Below are positions 1 through 9,628 of a DNA stretch of 32,000 nucleotides, piece after piece. Both the position numbers and the translations under genes were made by a program. Position 1 is the first letter of the stretch, and every line of letters starts with the position of its first letter. The notes beneath the pieces are model-generated. The model was not told where the DNA came from. It worked only from the letters and a program-made list of their open reading frames with translations, and ran no database searches. This DNA is from Acaryochloris marina S15 (GTDB taxonomy: Bacteria > Cyanobacteriota > Cyanobacteriia > Thermosynechococcales > Thermosynechococcaceae). Location of the stretch: contig NZ_CP064923.1 in assembly GCF_018336915.1 (NCBI RefSeq), positions 4,320,001 through 4,352,000 on the forward strand. The letters are read 5' to 3'.

Positions 1-1
1 G

Positions 2-526
2 GCGATCACCCAGGTTTTACCCACTCAAACCCTGAAGGGAGAACCTCTGAGTCGGATTGGTGTTTTTGCTAATGCGGATCTAGACCTGATTCAACAAACC
101 GTAGAAATCGGCCAATTAACAGGAGTCCAACTCCACGGGGACGAGTCACCAGAGTTCTGCCAGCAGGTCAAAGCGAAACTGCCCGAGGTTGAGTTAATTA
201 AAGCGTTTCGGGTTCGTAGCGCTGAAACCCTTGCTCAGATCACCCCCTATGAATCGATTGCGAATACCCTATTACTCGATGCCTATACGCCTCAAGCCTT
301 AGGCGGAACGGGACATACTTGGGATTGGACTCTGCTCAAGACCTTTGCACCAAAGTTGCCTTGGTTCCTCGCAGGGGGCTTGACGCCAGATAATGTGAAT
401 CAAGCGGTAACGACTTTAACGCCACCAGGCATTGATCTATCAAGTGGGGTGGAACTAGCTCCAGGCAACAAAGATCTCAAAAAGGTAAAACAGCTCTTTC
501 AACAACTGATGATTCTGCAAGCATAA
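2..526 (+). CDS. trpF: phosphoribosylanthranilate isomerase (5' end cut by window edge)
   Basis: The frame is open from the window edge (codon phase from nt 2) to TAA at 524-526. It is absent from the ORF track because no start codon lies in the window. The translation ...RIGVFANADLDLIQQTVEIGQLTGVQLHGDE...LLLDAYTPQALGGTGHTWDW...FLAGGLTPDNV...GIDLSSGVELAPGNKDLKKV carries the TrpF hallmarks (LHG, GGTG..DW, LAGGL.P.NV, D.SSGVE). Confidence 0.85.
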   Translation, partial: AITQVLPTQTLKGEPLSRIGVFANADLDLIQQTVEIGQLTGVQLHGDESPEFCQQVKAKLPEVELIKAFRVRSAETLAQITPYESIANTLLLDAYTPQALGGTGHTWDWTLLKTFAPKLPWFLAGGLTPDNVNQAVTTLTPPGIDLSSGVELAPGNKDLKKVKQLFQQLMILQA

Positions 527-565
527 TCCCACAAGTTTATGTACCTAAAATTACTGAGAATGCAC

Positions 566-1714
566 CTATTTTTGACCTACAATCTCAGAAATTTGCTGAA
601 TGCCTTCCTCCTGCATTTTTGCCAGCAAGCCTTCCAAAATTCGGCGCACTATCCATGGTCCTTCATAGACCCAGCCTGTATAGACCTGTAATAAGCTGGC
701 TCCAGCAGATAATTTTTCCCAGGCATCCTCAGCCGTAAAGATGCCACCCACACCGATAATCGGCAGTTGACCTTGGGTGTGTTGGTGGATAAATCGAATC
801 ACGTCTGTTGAACGCGATCGCACCGGGGCACCACTAATTCCACCTGCTTCTTCACTAGGTGCATTACCCGTAACGGCAATCCGCTCCGTTTTCAGATCCC
901 GCCGTATCGTTGTATTCGTGGCAATAATACCTGCGAGCTGATGCACTTGAGCCAAATCTACAATCGCGGCAATATCTTCCCACTCTAAGTCTGGAGCAAT
1001 CTTTACCAGCAGAGGTTTAGCCTCTGTATTCTCGGCTTGTAGACCTGCCAAAATAGGGGCCAATTGTTCGACTGCTTGGAGCGATCGCAACCCTGGGGTA
1101 TTCGGTGAACTCACATTCACCACAAAATAGTCCCCATAAGTTTTGAGGAGTCGAAAACTTCCTACATAATCTTCTACTGCTTGGTCGAGGGGTGTCACCT
1201 TTGATTTGCCTAAATTGATCCCTAGGGGATAAGAGCGCACTTGACGCTCTTGGGAAGCAGCAATCACCTCTGCCATCTGGGCAGCACCTTGGTTATTGAA
1301 TCCCATTCGGTTTAGGGCAGCTTGATCTTCAGGCAAACGAAACAAACGAGGTTGAGGATTTCCCGGTTGGGCATGGAAGGTTACGGTTCCCACTTCCGCA
1401 AATCCAAAGCCAAAACGAGGCCAAATATTTGTTGCTACGCCATCTTTATCAAACCCTGCAGCCAATCCGATGGGGTTCGCAAACGAAAGGCCCCACAAGG
1501 ATTGTGAGAGCTGAGGATCTTCCACCTGTAAAGATGAGGCCAACTGCTTCTGCAGTCCCTGAGAGAATCCCTGCTCCACGTTCTGATCCAGCCAGGCACA
1601 GGTCCGCATCAACTGGCGATGGACCGTTTCTGGATCGGCCTTCAGAGCCGAAAATAAAAGAGGTTGTAATCCTTGTTGATATATATCCACAGTTCTCTCA
1701 GGCCAGCGTCGCAC
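566..1714 (-). CDS. pyrD: dihydroorotate dehydrogenase (quinone), class 2
   Basis: The 382-aa ORF has a GTG start. Motifs GLAAGFDKDG, NRMGFNN, NVSSPNTPGLR, IATNTT and GVGGI are typical of class-2 PyrD. Confidence 0.9.
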   Translation of the reverse strand: MRRWPERTVDIYQQGLQPLLFSALKADPETVHRQLMRTCAWLDQNVEQGFSQGLQKQLASSLQVEDPQLSQSLWGLSFANPIGLAAGFDKDGVATNIWPRFGFGFAEVGTVTFHAQPGNPQPRLFRLPEDQAALNRMGFNNQGAAQMAEVIAASQERQVRSYPLGINLGKSKVTPLDQAVEDYVGSFRLLKTYGDYFVVNVSSPNTPGLRSLQAVEQLAPILAGLQAENTEAKPLLVKIAPDLEWEDIAAIVDLAQVHQLAGIIATNTTIRRDLKTERIAVTGNAPSEEAGGISGAPVRSRSTDVIRFIHQHTQGQLPIIGVGGIFTAEDAWEKLSAGASLLQVYTGWVYEGPWIVRRILEGLLAKMQEEGIQQISEIVGQK

Positions 1715-1730
1715 TGAGAGTATAGCCCGG

Positions 1731-2465
1731 CTAAGGTGCAGAACCAGATGATTGGACGACGGGCCAGCCTAACCGAGTGGGCTGTTGATACACCCGCTTG
1801 AGGGTATTCATATCCCTAGCCGATATGGGGGCGGGTGTCCGCACTTGAGAAAAATAGAGGGCATCTGTCTTGAGGCGACTATGGCCCCAAATTCCCAAGG
1901 CATGACCTAACTCATGGCGAATCGCTGCCGCAATATAGGTCTCTGTTTGGTTCGTGCGCACTTGAACCATGCAGCGATGCGATAACCGCTGCTGGTCATT
2001 TACATAGAGCTTAAAGCGAGTCTCCGCTGAGCGAATACGCCCCTGGCTGCGCTGGGTGGGATCAACTGCCGAGATCATGATATCGGCCTGGTTCGAATCG
2101 GTCGTCACTTCGAGGGGAAAATAAGCTTGCCACGCCTGAATGGCTTGGTCAACCGCCTGGGGCCATTTCTCTTGGATTAACGGCAAAGACTTAGAAGTGG
2201 GCTGGGCATACACTTTGACGGGAAATTGGCTCCAGACCAAATACCCCACACGAGTCACTTTAATCTGATCAAAATAATCCCCTTGTTCCTGGGGATCTTG
2301 CCACTGTTCCAAAACCGCTGGCAACGGATGCACTTGGGCAGCAGGCACTTGCAGAGCAGCATTAATAGGGTAAACCCATCCTAAATGCACAAAAACGGCG
2401 GCTAAAAGGCCCAGAAGACCTAAGCCCATAACCGCAGGCCACTTCTTCAGGTTAGGCCACCGCAT
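1731..2465 (-). CDS. membrane-anchored metzincin/matrixin-like zinc metalloprotease
   Basis: The 244-aa ORF has an N-terminal hydrophobic anchor (AVMGLGLLGLLAAVFV). It carries the extended zinc motif HELGHALGIWGHS (HExxHxxGxxH). It ends 16 nt upstream of the pyrD start on the same strand. Confidence 0.7.
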   Translation of the reverse strand: MRWPNLKKWPAVMGLGLLGLLAAVFVHLGWVYPINAALQVPAAQVHPLPAVLEQWQDPQEQGDYFDQIKVTRVGYLVWSQFPVKVYAQPTSKSLPLIQEKWPQAVDQAIQAWQAYFPLEVTTDSNQADIMISAVDPTQRSQGRIRSAETRFKLYVNDQQRLSHRCMVQVRTNQTETYIAAAIRHELGHALGIWGHSRLKTDALYFSQVRTPAPISARDMNTLKRVYQQPTRLGWPVVQSSGSAP

Positions 2466-2483
2466 AATAAGTCAAACAATCCG

Positions 2484-2711
2484 TTAACCGAGCCAGCCCG
2501 CACTGAGAACCACTGTTAACCCCATAAACATTAGAGTCAGGGTCCAAGTGATCCGATTGAGGGTCTTTTCTGCACTCTTAGCACTGGTGAAGAGTTGGCC
2601 TTGACCACCAATCCCCCCCAAACCATCTCCTTTGGGGCTGTGCAACAGTACCAAGGCAATGAGCCCCACGGCAGAGAAAAACCATATGCCTTGAATCACA
2701 TTAGTCAGCAT
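2484..2711 (-). CDS. secG: preprotein translocase subunit SecG
   Basis: The 75-aa ORF has two TM segments flanking the Gly-rich loop LLHSPKGDGLGGIGG, which is the typical cyanobacterial SecG pattern. Confidence 0.8.
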   Translation of the reverse strand: MLTNVIQGIWFFSAVGLIALVLLHSPKGDGLGGIGGQGQLFTSAKSAEKTLNRITWTLTLMFMGLTVVLSAGWLG

Positions 2712-2816
2712 TCAACTGAAACCCTAGTAAACGATAAAAAATACTGACGGCAAATCAATAGCCGCACGACTGTCAACCCATTTTATTGGGCAAGACATAC
2801 TCACAAAGTATAACCT

Positions 2817-4421
2817 TTAGCGATGAATCCGGACAGGACTCTTGTTCTTACGAACTTCATACCCTGCAGGCTGAATTAAGCTTGTTCCCGTCATTTCCTC
2901 CGGCTTAGGGAGTTGCAAAATATCTAAGATCGTCGGGGCAATGTCAGCCAAGCAACCATCTGCTCGCAACTGCACATCAGTGCCATGGCCCGGAATTTTG
3001 CGACCTTCTCCCTCTACCAAAATCAAGGGAACGGGGTTAGTGGTATGGGCAGTCCAAGGATTGCCGTTCTCATCCCACATCCGTTCGGCATTGCCATGGT
3101 CAGCCGTGATTAACAGTGTGCCCCCGACGTCAATCACTTGGTTTAGCAGGATGCCGATACATCTATCCACGGTTTCAACTGCTTGGATCGTGGCATCCAT
3201 CAGGCCCGTATGACCCACCATATCGGTATTAGCGTAGTTGATCACCATTAGAGAATAGATGTGTTTACCTAAGGCTGCGATCGCTTCTTTAGTCACCTTA
3301 TCCGCCGACATGGGTGGGTCCTGGTCATAGGTAGACACCATAGGACTAGGAACCAAAACCCGATCCTCTCCTGGCAAGGGATCTTCAATCCCACCATTGA
3401 AAAAATAGGTGACATGGGCATACTTTTCGGTCTCTGCTAATCGCAGCTGCTTCAAACCATTATTGGAGACAATCTCACCCAAAATATTGTCTAAGTTTTG
3501 GGGCTTAAATGCGATATCGGTTGACAGATATGAATCATATTGAGTGAACGTGACAAAGTGAAGGGGTTTCACCTGTTCTCGCTCGAACCCATCGAACTTG
3601 GGATCAACTAAAGCCTGGGTGAGCTGACGGGCTCGATCGGGCCGAAAATTAAAGAAAATGACGCCATCTTCTGCCTCGATTGCCCCAGGAGCAATGCGAA
3701 TGGGGGGAATAAACTCATCCGTCGTTTTGTGATCATAGGCATCGGTGATGGTATCTAGGGCAGACCAATCCCGAGGAACCGCCACCTGATCGTTCACCAT
3801 GACCTCATAGGCTTGCTGAATGCGATCCCATCTGCGATCGCGATCCATCGCAAAATATCGACCACTCAAGGTCACAATTTGCCCCACGCCAATATGGGCG
3901 ACCTGTTGCTGTAATCGCTGAATCTCATCCTTAGCGCTTTTGGGAGGTGTATCCCGCCCATCCAAGATGGCATGGATACAAACCTGGGAAATATTATGTT
4001 CTTTGGCAAGCTTAAGTAACGCTAACAAATGGTCGGAATGGGCATGAACGCCTCCTGGAGAGCACAGTCCGATCAAATGCAGCTTGGTGTTGGCTTGAGA
4101 CACTTGCTTGCAAACGTTATCCAAAGCAGGATTGGTCGCTAAGCTACCATCTTCGATCGCATCTGCAATGCGAACCAACTCTTGGGGGACGGTGCGGCCA
4201 GCACCTAAATTAAGGTGGCCTACCTCAGAATTACCCATCTGACCTGCAGGTAAGCCCACGGCTTTACCAGAGGTTTGAATAAAAGTACTAGGATAAGCTG
4301 TCCAGAGGCTGTCAATAATTGGGGTTTTTGCGGCAGCGATGGCATTACCATCTGAGTTTTCTTGGTAGCCCCAACCATCTAATATGACTAGCACCACCGG
4401 GGATACAGGTGTCGACGTCAT
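2817..4421 (-). CDS. gpmI: 2,3-bisphosphoglycerate-independent phosphoglycerate mutase
   Basis: The 534-aa ORF starts with VLVILDGWG and contains NSEVGHLNLGAGR, DGRDT and ITADHGNAE motifs of iPGM. Confidence 0.92.
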   Translation of the reverse strand: MTSTPVSPVVLVILDGWGYQENSDGNAIAAAKTPIIDSLWTAYPSTFIQTSGKAVGLPAGQMGNSEVGHLNLGAGRTVPQELVRIADAIEDGSLATNPALDNVCKQVSQANTKLHLIGLCSPGGVHAHSDHLLALLKLAKEHNISQVCIHAILDGRDTPPKSAKDEIQRLQQQVAHIGVGQIVTLSGRYFAMDRDRRWDRIQQAYEVMVNDQVAVPRDWSALDTITDAYDHKTTDEFIPPIRIAPGAIEAEDGVIFFNFRPDRARQLTQALVDPKFDGFEREQVKPLHFVTFTQYDSYLSTDIAFKPQNLDNILGEIVSNNGLKQLRLAETEKYAHVTYFFNGGIEDPLPGEDRVLVPSPMVSTYDQDPPMSADKVTKEAIAALGKHIYSLMVINYANTDMVGHTGLMDATIQAVETVDRCIGILLNQVIDVGGTLLITADHGNAERMWDENGNPWTAHTTNPVPLILVEGEGRKIPGHGTDVQLRADGCLADIAPTILDILQLPKPEEMTGTSLIQPAGYEVRKNKSPVRIHR

Positions 4422-4597
4422 ACAGGGTCGTTTTCCTCAAGGATTTATTTGTGATGCAATCATAACACTCAGAATTCCGCTTAGAACAGACCACAGCTTG
4501 GATCTAAAGGAAAAAGCAAGATTATCCTGACACCGATATAAATATCACTCTCAGGTTAAGACTAGGTTGCTGGTGAAAGAGCGAGTTTAACGCTGAA

Positions 4598-5494
4598 TTA
4601 TGGGTGGGTAGGCAACAAGTCAGCCCCATCCTCTTGCTTAACCAGGTTTATCTCTGAAGAAGATTCCGCAGATATAGGTGGGGTGGCCCAGGTGAAGCGA
4701 GGGGCAGGCCAAATTCGATCGAAAAGAACCGTTAAGGGGGCTAAGCTAAACAGTGCCCAGAAAATCCCTGTGGACAAGAAAAACTTCGTTTGCAGCCCAA
4801 ACGTCACGACGGCAATAATGCCAGACCATAAAAGCCGGGCCACCCGAGCATCTGGAATTGAGCGGGGATCCGTGAGCATAAACAGAGCAAATAAGATCAA
4901 AGAGCCACTCGATAAGCTGTGGTACCAAACATCCCAGCTCCATCCCAACCACATATCTCGAATAGAAAGACAGGTCGCATAGGTGGCCAGAAACATCACA
5001 GACGTGTCCCATCGCCCCACCCGATGAAGTACTAATCCACCCGCTCCAGCAAATAAGAGGCCATACCAGCCCACGGCTCCCCATTGCCCAGGGGAGACCC
5101 AAGCATCAGAGGTCAACACAAGGGCAGCAATAATGCCAAAGTTGGCTGGATTAAAAAAATGCTTGCCCTTCCATTTGCACACAAATTTACTGAGGATCGC
5201 CAAGGTCGCGGCCAACATCATGGTGCTCCAATGATCCGTTCGCAGCAGCAAGCTCAGTCCTAATGCCGTAATTAAGGCACTGCGGATTGAGGGATTAAAG
5301 GCTCGATCTGTGGGCTGAGTCCGTTGTTGATATAGATAGGTACCGTAAGCAGCCAAAGCTTGGACGAGAATTGCGGTTGCGATCGCAACCACAATCATTT
5401 CGGGTCTCAAGGTCCAATCCTTCGTCCCAATTCCTAGCCCTAAAAATAAGCTGAGAAACAGAATTTGGTAATCTCTAGCATCTTGAAAGGACAT
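4598..5494 (-). CDS. polytopic membrane protein, NqrB/RnfD-like family
   Basis: The 298-aa ORF is highly hydrophobic, with about 8 predicted TM segments by eye. Motifs HFFNPANFG and FMLTDPRSIP resemble the RnfD/NqrB NPFNPA and F.ATDP.T.P signatures. No other rnf or nqr genes are adjacent. Confidence 0.5.
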   Translation of the reverse strand: MSFQDARDYQILFLSLFLGLGIGTKDWTLRPEMIVVAIATAILVQALAAYGTYLYQQRTQPTDRAFNPSIRSALITALGLSLLLRTDHWSTMMLAATLAILSKFVCKWKGKHFFNPANFGIIAALVLTSDAWVSPGQWGAVGWYGLLFAGAGGLVLHRVGRWDTSVMFLATYATCLSIRDMWLGWSWDVWYHSLSSGSLILFALFMLTDPRSIPDARVARLLWSGIIAVVTFGLQTKFFLSTGIFWALFSLAPLTVLFDRIWPAPRFTWATPPISAESSSEINLVKQEDGADLLPTHP

Positions 5495-5720
5495 AAACCC
5501 TCAGCTGGATGGAATGGTCCCAATTTATCCCAACTTTCTAGATTGGAAGTCGGCGGTTACCTAAATGGTTACCCGCTCAGACGTTTTTACCGGCATCCTA
5601 ATATTTAGGATTTCTTTAACTCGGTTCCAGACAATCCTCACAAGTTTCTCAAATTAGCTGGATATAAAGAAGACAAATACCCTGTGCCCGATCTTGACAA
5701 GAGAGCGGAACCTAGAAGTC

Positions 5721-8171
5721 ATGCTCCCTATCTCTCCCCAGCAACCGCCAAAGGCCAAACAGCAGTCATTCGTTCTGTGGTTTGATCAAGTCGGAATTAC
5801 AGACATTCCCTTGGTGGGTGGCAAGAATGCCTCCCTAGGAGAGATGATTCAGCAGTTAGGGGCCCAAGGCGTCCAAGTGCCCACCGGCTTTTCCACCACA
5901 GCCCATGCCTATCGCACCTTTCTACAACAATCCCAGCTAGAAGCCCCACTTCGTCAGCTATTGCAAGGGTTAGATGTAGAAGATATTCCTCAACTGCGAT
6001 CTCGGGCGAAGCAAGCCCGAGAACTAATCTTGACCACTCCTTTTTCCCCTAGCTTCGAACTGGCTATTAGTGAAGCCTATTCCAGACTGTGTCAACACTG
6101 TGGTAGAAATTCATCTTTAGATGTAGCCGTTCGCTCTAGTGCCACAGCCGAAGATTTACCGGATGCCAGCTTTGCGGGCCAACAGGAAACCTATCTCAAT
6201 GTTCAAGGTATTCGCGGCGTCTTAGAAGCCTGTCATAAATGCTTTGCCTCTCTATTTACCGATCGGGCTATTTCCTATCGCACCTTAAAAGGGTTTGATC
6301 ACTTCACGGTAGCCTTGGCGGTAGGGGTACAGCAAATGGTGCGGTCGGGCACTGCTGGGGTAATGTTCTCCATCGACACAGAAACCGGGTTTGATAAAGC
6401 AGTCTTGATCACGGCGGCCTACGGGCTCGGGGAAAACGTGGTCCAAGGCGCTGTCAACCCTGATGAATACTTGGTGTTTAAACCAACCCTCCAACAGGGC
6501 TATCAGCCGATATTGTCTAAACGACTCGGCAGTAAAGAGATCAAAATGGTCTACGACCAAGAGGGCAGTAAACTCACTAAAAATGTGCCCGTGCCCGAGG
6601 GCGATCGCCAGAAATTCACCCTGACCAACACCGAAATTCTCACCCTCGCTCAATGGGCCTGCAAAATTGAAGATCATTATTCTGCTGTGCGGGGCACCTA
6701 CACCCCCATGGATATTGAATGGGCACAGGATGAATTCACCGGGGAACTCTATGTGGTCCAAGCCCGGCCAGAAACGGTACAGTCTCAAAAATCTGACACC
6801 CTACTAAAAACCTATCAGTTAGATGAGCTAGGGCCAGTCCTCAGCACCGGCCGAGCCGTGGGGGAGTTGATTGGCCAGGGGCGCGTGCAAATCATTCAGG
6901 ATGTCAGCCAAATCAGTGCGTTCCAACCAGGGGATGTCTTGGTAACCCACAAAACGGATCCCGATTGGGAACCCATTATGAAGCAGGCAGCAGCCATCGT
7001 TACGAACCAAGGAGGGCGCACTTGCCATGCTGCCATTATTGCCCGCGAGTTAGGCATTCCCGCCATTGTCGGTTGTGGCCATGCCACCCGCCAGATCCCT
7101 AACGGTCGGTTGGTCACGGTTGCTTGTTGTGAAGGGGAAGCAGGCCATGTTTACGATGGGCTACTGTCCTTTAGGGTTCAAGAAACTCATCTAGAACAAC
7201 TCCCCACAACCCAAACTCAAGTCTTGCTCAATGTGGGAAATCCCGACCAAGCCTTTAGACTGGCAGCACTGCCTTGCGATGGTGTTGGCCTTGCCCGCTT
7301 AGAATTTATCATTGCCAACCATATCAAAGCCCATCCCCTGGCCTTAATCCATTTCGATCAGCTAGAAGATCCGTTAGCCCAGCAAGAAATTGCCCATCTC
7401 ACGCGTCACTATCCCTACAAACCTGACTTCTTTGTTGATCAGCTCACCCATGGTGTGGGCATCATTGCCGCAGCGTTTTACCCCAAGCCCGTCATCGTCA
7501 GGCTGTCTGACTTCAAGAGTAATGAATATGCAAACTTGCTAGGCGGCAAGCAATTTGAGCCTCAGGAAGAAAATCCCATGCTGGGATGGCGAGGGGCCTC
7601 GCGTTATTACGACGACAATTTTCGAGAGGCGTTCGGCTTGGAATGTAAAGCCCTCAAAAGCGTCCGAGACGAGATGGGTTTAACCAACGTGATTCCCATG
7701 GTGCCGTTCTGCCGCACACCAGAGGAAGGTCGTAAAGTCATGGCAGAAATGGCGAATTATGGATTGGTCCAGGGAGAGAATGGTCTCCAGGTTTACGTCA
7801 TGTGTGAAGTGCCCAGCAATGTCATTTTGGCGGATCAATTCAGCCAAATCTTTGATGGGTTTTCCATTGGCTCCAACGATCTCACCCAATTAGCCCTAGG
7901 CATAGATCGGGACTCAGCCTTGGTGGCTCACCTCTTTGATGAACGTCATGAGGGCGTGCAGTCCCTTATTCGCCAAGTCATCGATCAGGCCAAACGTCAT
8001 AACTGCAAAGTCGGCATTTGCGGCCAGGCCCCTAGCGACTATCCAGAATTTGCCCATTTCCTAGTTGAACAAGGAATTGACTCTATCAGTCTTAATCCAG
8101 ATTCAGTGCTTAAAACACTGTTCGTTGTCGCTCAAGCAGAAACACACGTGTCATCGTCTCACTCGTCCTAA
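5721..8171 (+). CDS. ppsA: phosphoenolpyruvate synthase (pyruvate, water dikinase)
   Basis: The ORF track opens at a TTG at 5694. The ATG at 5721 gives MLPISPQQ...FVLWFDQVGITDIPLVGGKNASLGEM, which fits the usual PpsA N-terminus. The phosphohistidine swivel motif GGRTCHAAIIARELGIPAIVG and a C-terminal PEP-utilising TIM barrel (GSNDLTQL) are present. Confidence 0.92.
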   Translation: MLPISPQQPPKAKQQSFVLWFDQVGITDIPLVGGKNASLGEMIQQLGAQGVQVPTGFSTTAHAYRTFLQQSQLEAPLRQLLQGLDVEDIPQLRSRAKQARELILTTPFSPSFELAISEAYSRLCQHCGRNSSLDVAVRSSATAEDLPDASFAGQQETYLNVQGIRGVLEACHKCFASLFTDRAISYRTLKGFDHFTVALAVGVQQMVRSGTAGVMFSIDTETGFDKAVLITAAYGLGENVVQGAVNPDEYLVFKPTLQQGYQPILSKRLGSKEIKMVYDQEGSKLTKNVPVPEGDRQKFTLTNTEILTLAQWACKIEDHYSAVRGTYTPMDIEWAQDEFTGELYVVQARPETVQSQKSDTLLKTYQLDELGPVLSTGRAVGELIGQGRVQIIQDVSQISAFQPGDVLVTHKTDPDWEPIMKQAAAIVTNQGGRTCHAAIIARELGIPAIVGCGHATRQIPNGRLVTVACCEGEAGHVYDGLLSFRVQETHLEQLPTTQTQVLLNVGNPDQAFRLAALPCDGVGLARLEFIIANHIKAHPLALIHFDQLEDPLAQQEIAHLTRHYPYKPDFFVDQLTHGVGIIAAAFYPKPVIVRLSDFKSNEYANLLGGKQFEPQEENPMLGWRGASRYYDDNFREAFGLECKALKSVRDEMGLTNVIPMVPFCRTPEEGRKVMAEMANYGLVQGENGLQVYVMCEVPSNVILADQFSQIFDGFSIGSNDLTQLALGIDRDSALVAHLFDERHEGVQSLIRQVIDQAKRHNCKVGICGQAPSDYPEFAHFLVEQGIDSISLNPDSVLKTLFVVAQAETHVSSSHSS

Positions 8172-8209
8172 TCACTTGCCGTTTTCCACGGCCCCTAGAG
8201 GTACTCACC

Positions 8210-8764
8210 ATGTTTCATAAAGTTTTAGTTGCCCTTGATCATTCAGAAACGGCTCTGGACGTCTTCGATCAAGCCCTTGATTTGGCTGCCACAACCCAGG
8301 CTAATTTGATGCTGTTACATGTGTTGTCCACCGATGACCAAGATGCTCCGGATGCCCCCACTCCCTTTCCTAGCATGTATTACTATCCTGGGCTATCAGC
8401 AACCTCGATTAGCGTTTATCAACAACAGTGGGAGCAATATACCCACACAGCCCAAGATATTCTGCAGGCCCAATCCGAAGAGGCAAGATTAGCAGGAGTC
8501 TCTGTCAAAATCACCCAAAAACAAGGTTCTCCCGGTGAAACCATTTGCGAAGTGGCCAAGGAATGGCAGGCAGACTTGATTTTGCTAGGGAGCCGAGGAC
8601 GGGCCGGTCTCAGTGAATGGTTATTAGGCAGTGTCAGTAATTACGTTATGCATCATGCCCCCTGTTCAGTGCTGATCTGTAGAGAAACTGAGACGCCTCC
8701 CCCCAACTCCATTCCAGATCATCTCAACCAGCAACTCATGTCTAACTTAGCGGGTTGGCAATAG
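8210..8764 (+). CDS. universal stress protein (UspA family)
   Basis: The 184-aa ORF shows MFHKVLVALDHSE...LMLLHV...DLILLGSRGRAGLSEWLLGSVSNYVMHHAPCSVLI, the classic USP ATP-binding G-2x-G-9x-G(S/T) pattern. It lies 38 nt downstream of ppsA on the same strand. Confidence 0.85.
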   Translation: MFHKVLVALDHSETALDVFDQALDLAATTQANLMLLHVLSTDDQDAPDAPTPFPSMYYYPGLSATSISVYQQQWEQYTHTAQDILQAQSEEARLAGVSVKITQKQGSPGETICEVAKEWQADLILLGSRGRAGLSEWLLGSVSNYVMHHAPCSVLICRETETPPPNSIPDHLNQQLMSNLAGWQ

Positions 8765-8767
8765 CCT

Positions 8768-8801
8768 AAAGGAGCTAGCTGGCTTTCTGACTAGCTCCTT
8801 T
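8768..8801. terminator. perfect 11-bp hairpin between convergent genes (no clear U-tract)
   Basis: AAAGGAGCTAG (8768-8778), a 12-nt loop, then CTAGCTCCTTT (8791-8801). It sits just after the usp stop and overlaps the last codons of the convergent lipoprotein gene. Neither side has a T-run, so terminator function is uncertain. Confidence 0.35.
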
Positions 8802-9479
8802 GGGCTGCATCCAGTCTATTTGCAAAGGCTTGATTAGCCCCGCCTCAGTGACTTGAACCGTCATTAAGAATATATCCTCTTCAAAGGTTTTGACCACCAA
8901 TTGCGGTGGGTCACTGGCCTGGATGTAGTAGGTCCTGTCGGGAATAAACTGGCTAATGATGGCCCGCTGGCCCAACTGTTTAGGACCAATATGGCGCGCA
9001 TAAATCATCTGCTTCAATCTGAGGGCAACATCTCCGGGTGTTCTGCCATAGAAGAGGGGGAGAAAGTTGTCCAAGACTTGTCCAGAATTAGCTTGGGAAA
9101 AGCCAGACATTTCCTTCTCCAAATCTCTAATATTCAGGGATTCTTTAACCTGATAGCTGGATAAGATTTGAGTCTCTAAGGCGGGCATTTGCTGTAAATC
9201 AAACAAAGCTTTTTGCTTCATCAGCTGTGGGTGAGCCCCATACACTTTCTTAGAGGCTTGCAACGCAATATCAGACAACTCTTTGAAGCTGTAGTCATCA
9301 AGATTTTTTTGAGCCAGCTGAGCTTTCATTTCTTGCTCAAACTCAGTTTGTAATGCTGCAATTTTGCTCTGATCAGGAGGTTGCGTGGTGGAAGGGGCTT
9401 CGCTAGCTTGCAGTTGACAGGCCGTCAGGCAGCCCACCAACAAGAATTGAAACAACGAACGCCGCATAGCATTACCCAC
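8775..9479 (-). CDS. hypothetical lipoprotein
   Basis: The 234-aa ORF has an N-terminal signal peptide with a lipobox-like LLVGC / LTAC. I recognise no catalytic motifs. Confidence 0.6.
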   Translation of the reverse strand: MGNAMRRSLFQFLLVGCLTACQLQASEAPSTTQPPDQSKIAALQTEFEQEMKAQLAQKNLDDYSFKELSDIALQASKKVYGAHPQLMKQKALFDLQQMPALETQILSSYQVKESLNIRDLEKEMSGFSQANSGQVLDNFLPLFYGRTPGDVALRLKQMIYARHIGPKQLGQRAIISQFIPDRTYYIQASDPPQLVVKTFEEDIFLMTVQVTEAGLIKPLQIDWMQPKGASQKAS

Positions 9480-9628
9480 AACTGTGGTTCCAGTCTACTC
9501 ACCCTCCCTAGCAATGACTACCCACAAGCTTGAGCAGCAAGAATGGAACTTGCGACCAATGAGCTTTGTTGGGTGATTTCACCAATAGCGATGAGGCAGC
9601 GATTACTGTGTGCATCCACCCTGCAATG

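Noticed and set aside
1322-1725. Plus-strand ORFs 1322-1507 and 1429-1725 antisense to pyrD
   Set aside because: These shadow frames sit within a confidently identified gene and give low-complexity Arg/Pro-rich translations.
2088-2100. GGTTCGAATCG, resembling a tRNA T-arm
   Set aside because: It lies inside the metalloprotease CDS. No acceptor or anticodon stems can be drawn around it. I found no tRNA or rRNA genes in the window.
4683-5102. ORFs 4683-4982 (+) and 4746-5102 (-) overlapping the RnfD-like gene
   Set aside because: They are alternative frames of the same region. Only the 298-aa frame gives a coherent multi-TM protein with family motifs.
6285-6788. 167-aa minus-strand ORF, plus 6828-7028, 6896-7117 and 7680-7889, all antisense to ppsA
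   Set aside because: They are embedded entirely within the well-supported ppsA frame and have no recognisable motifs. These are typical shadow ORFs of a GC-balanced gene.
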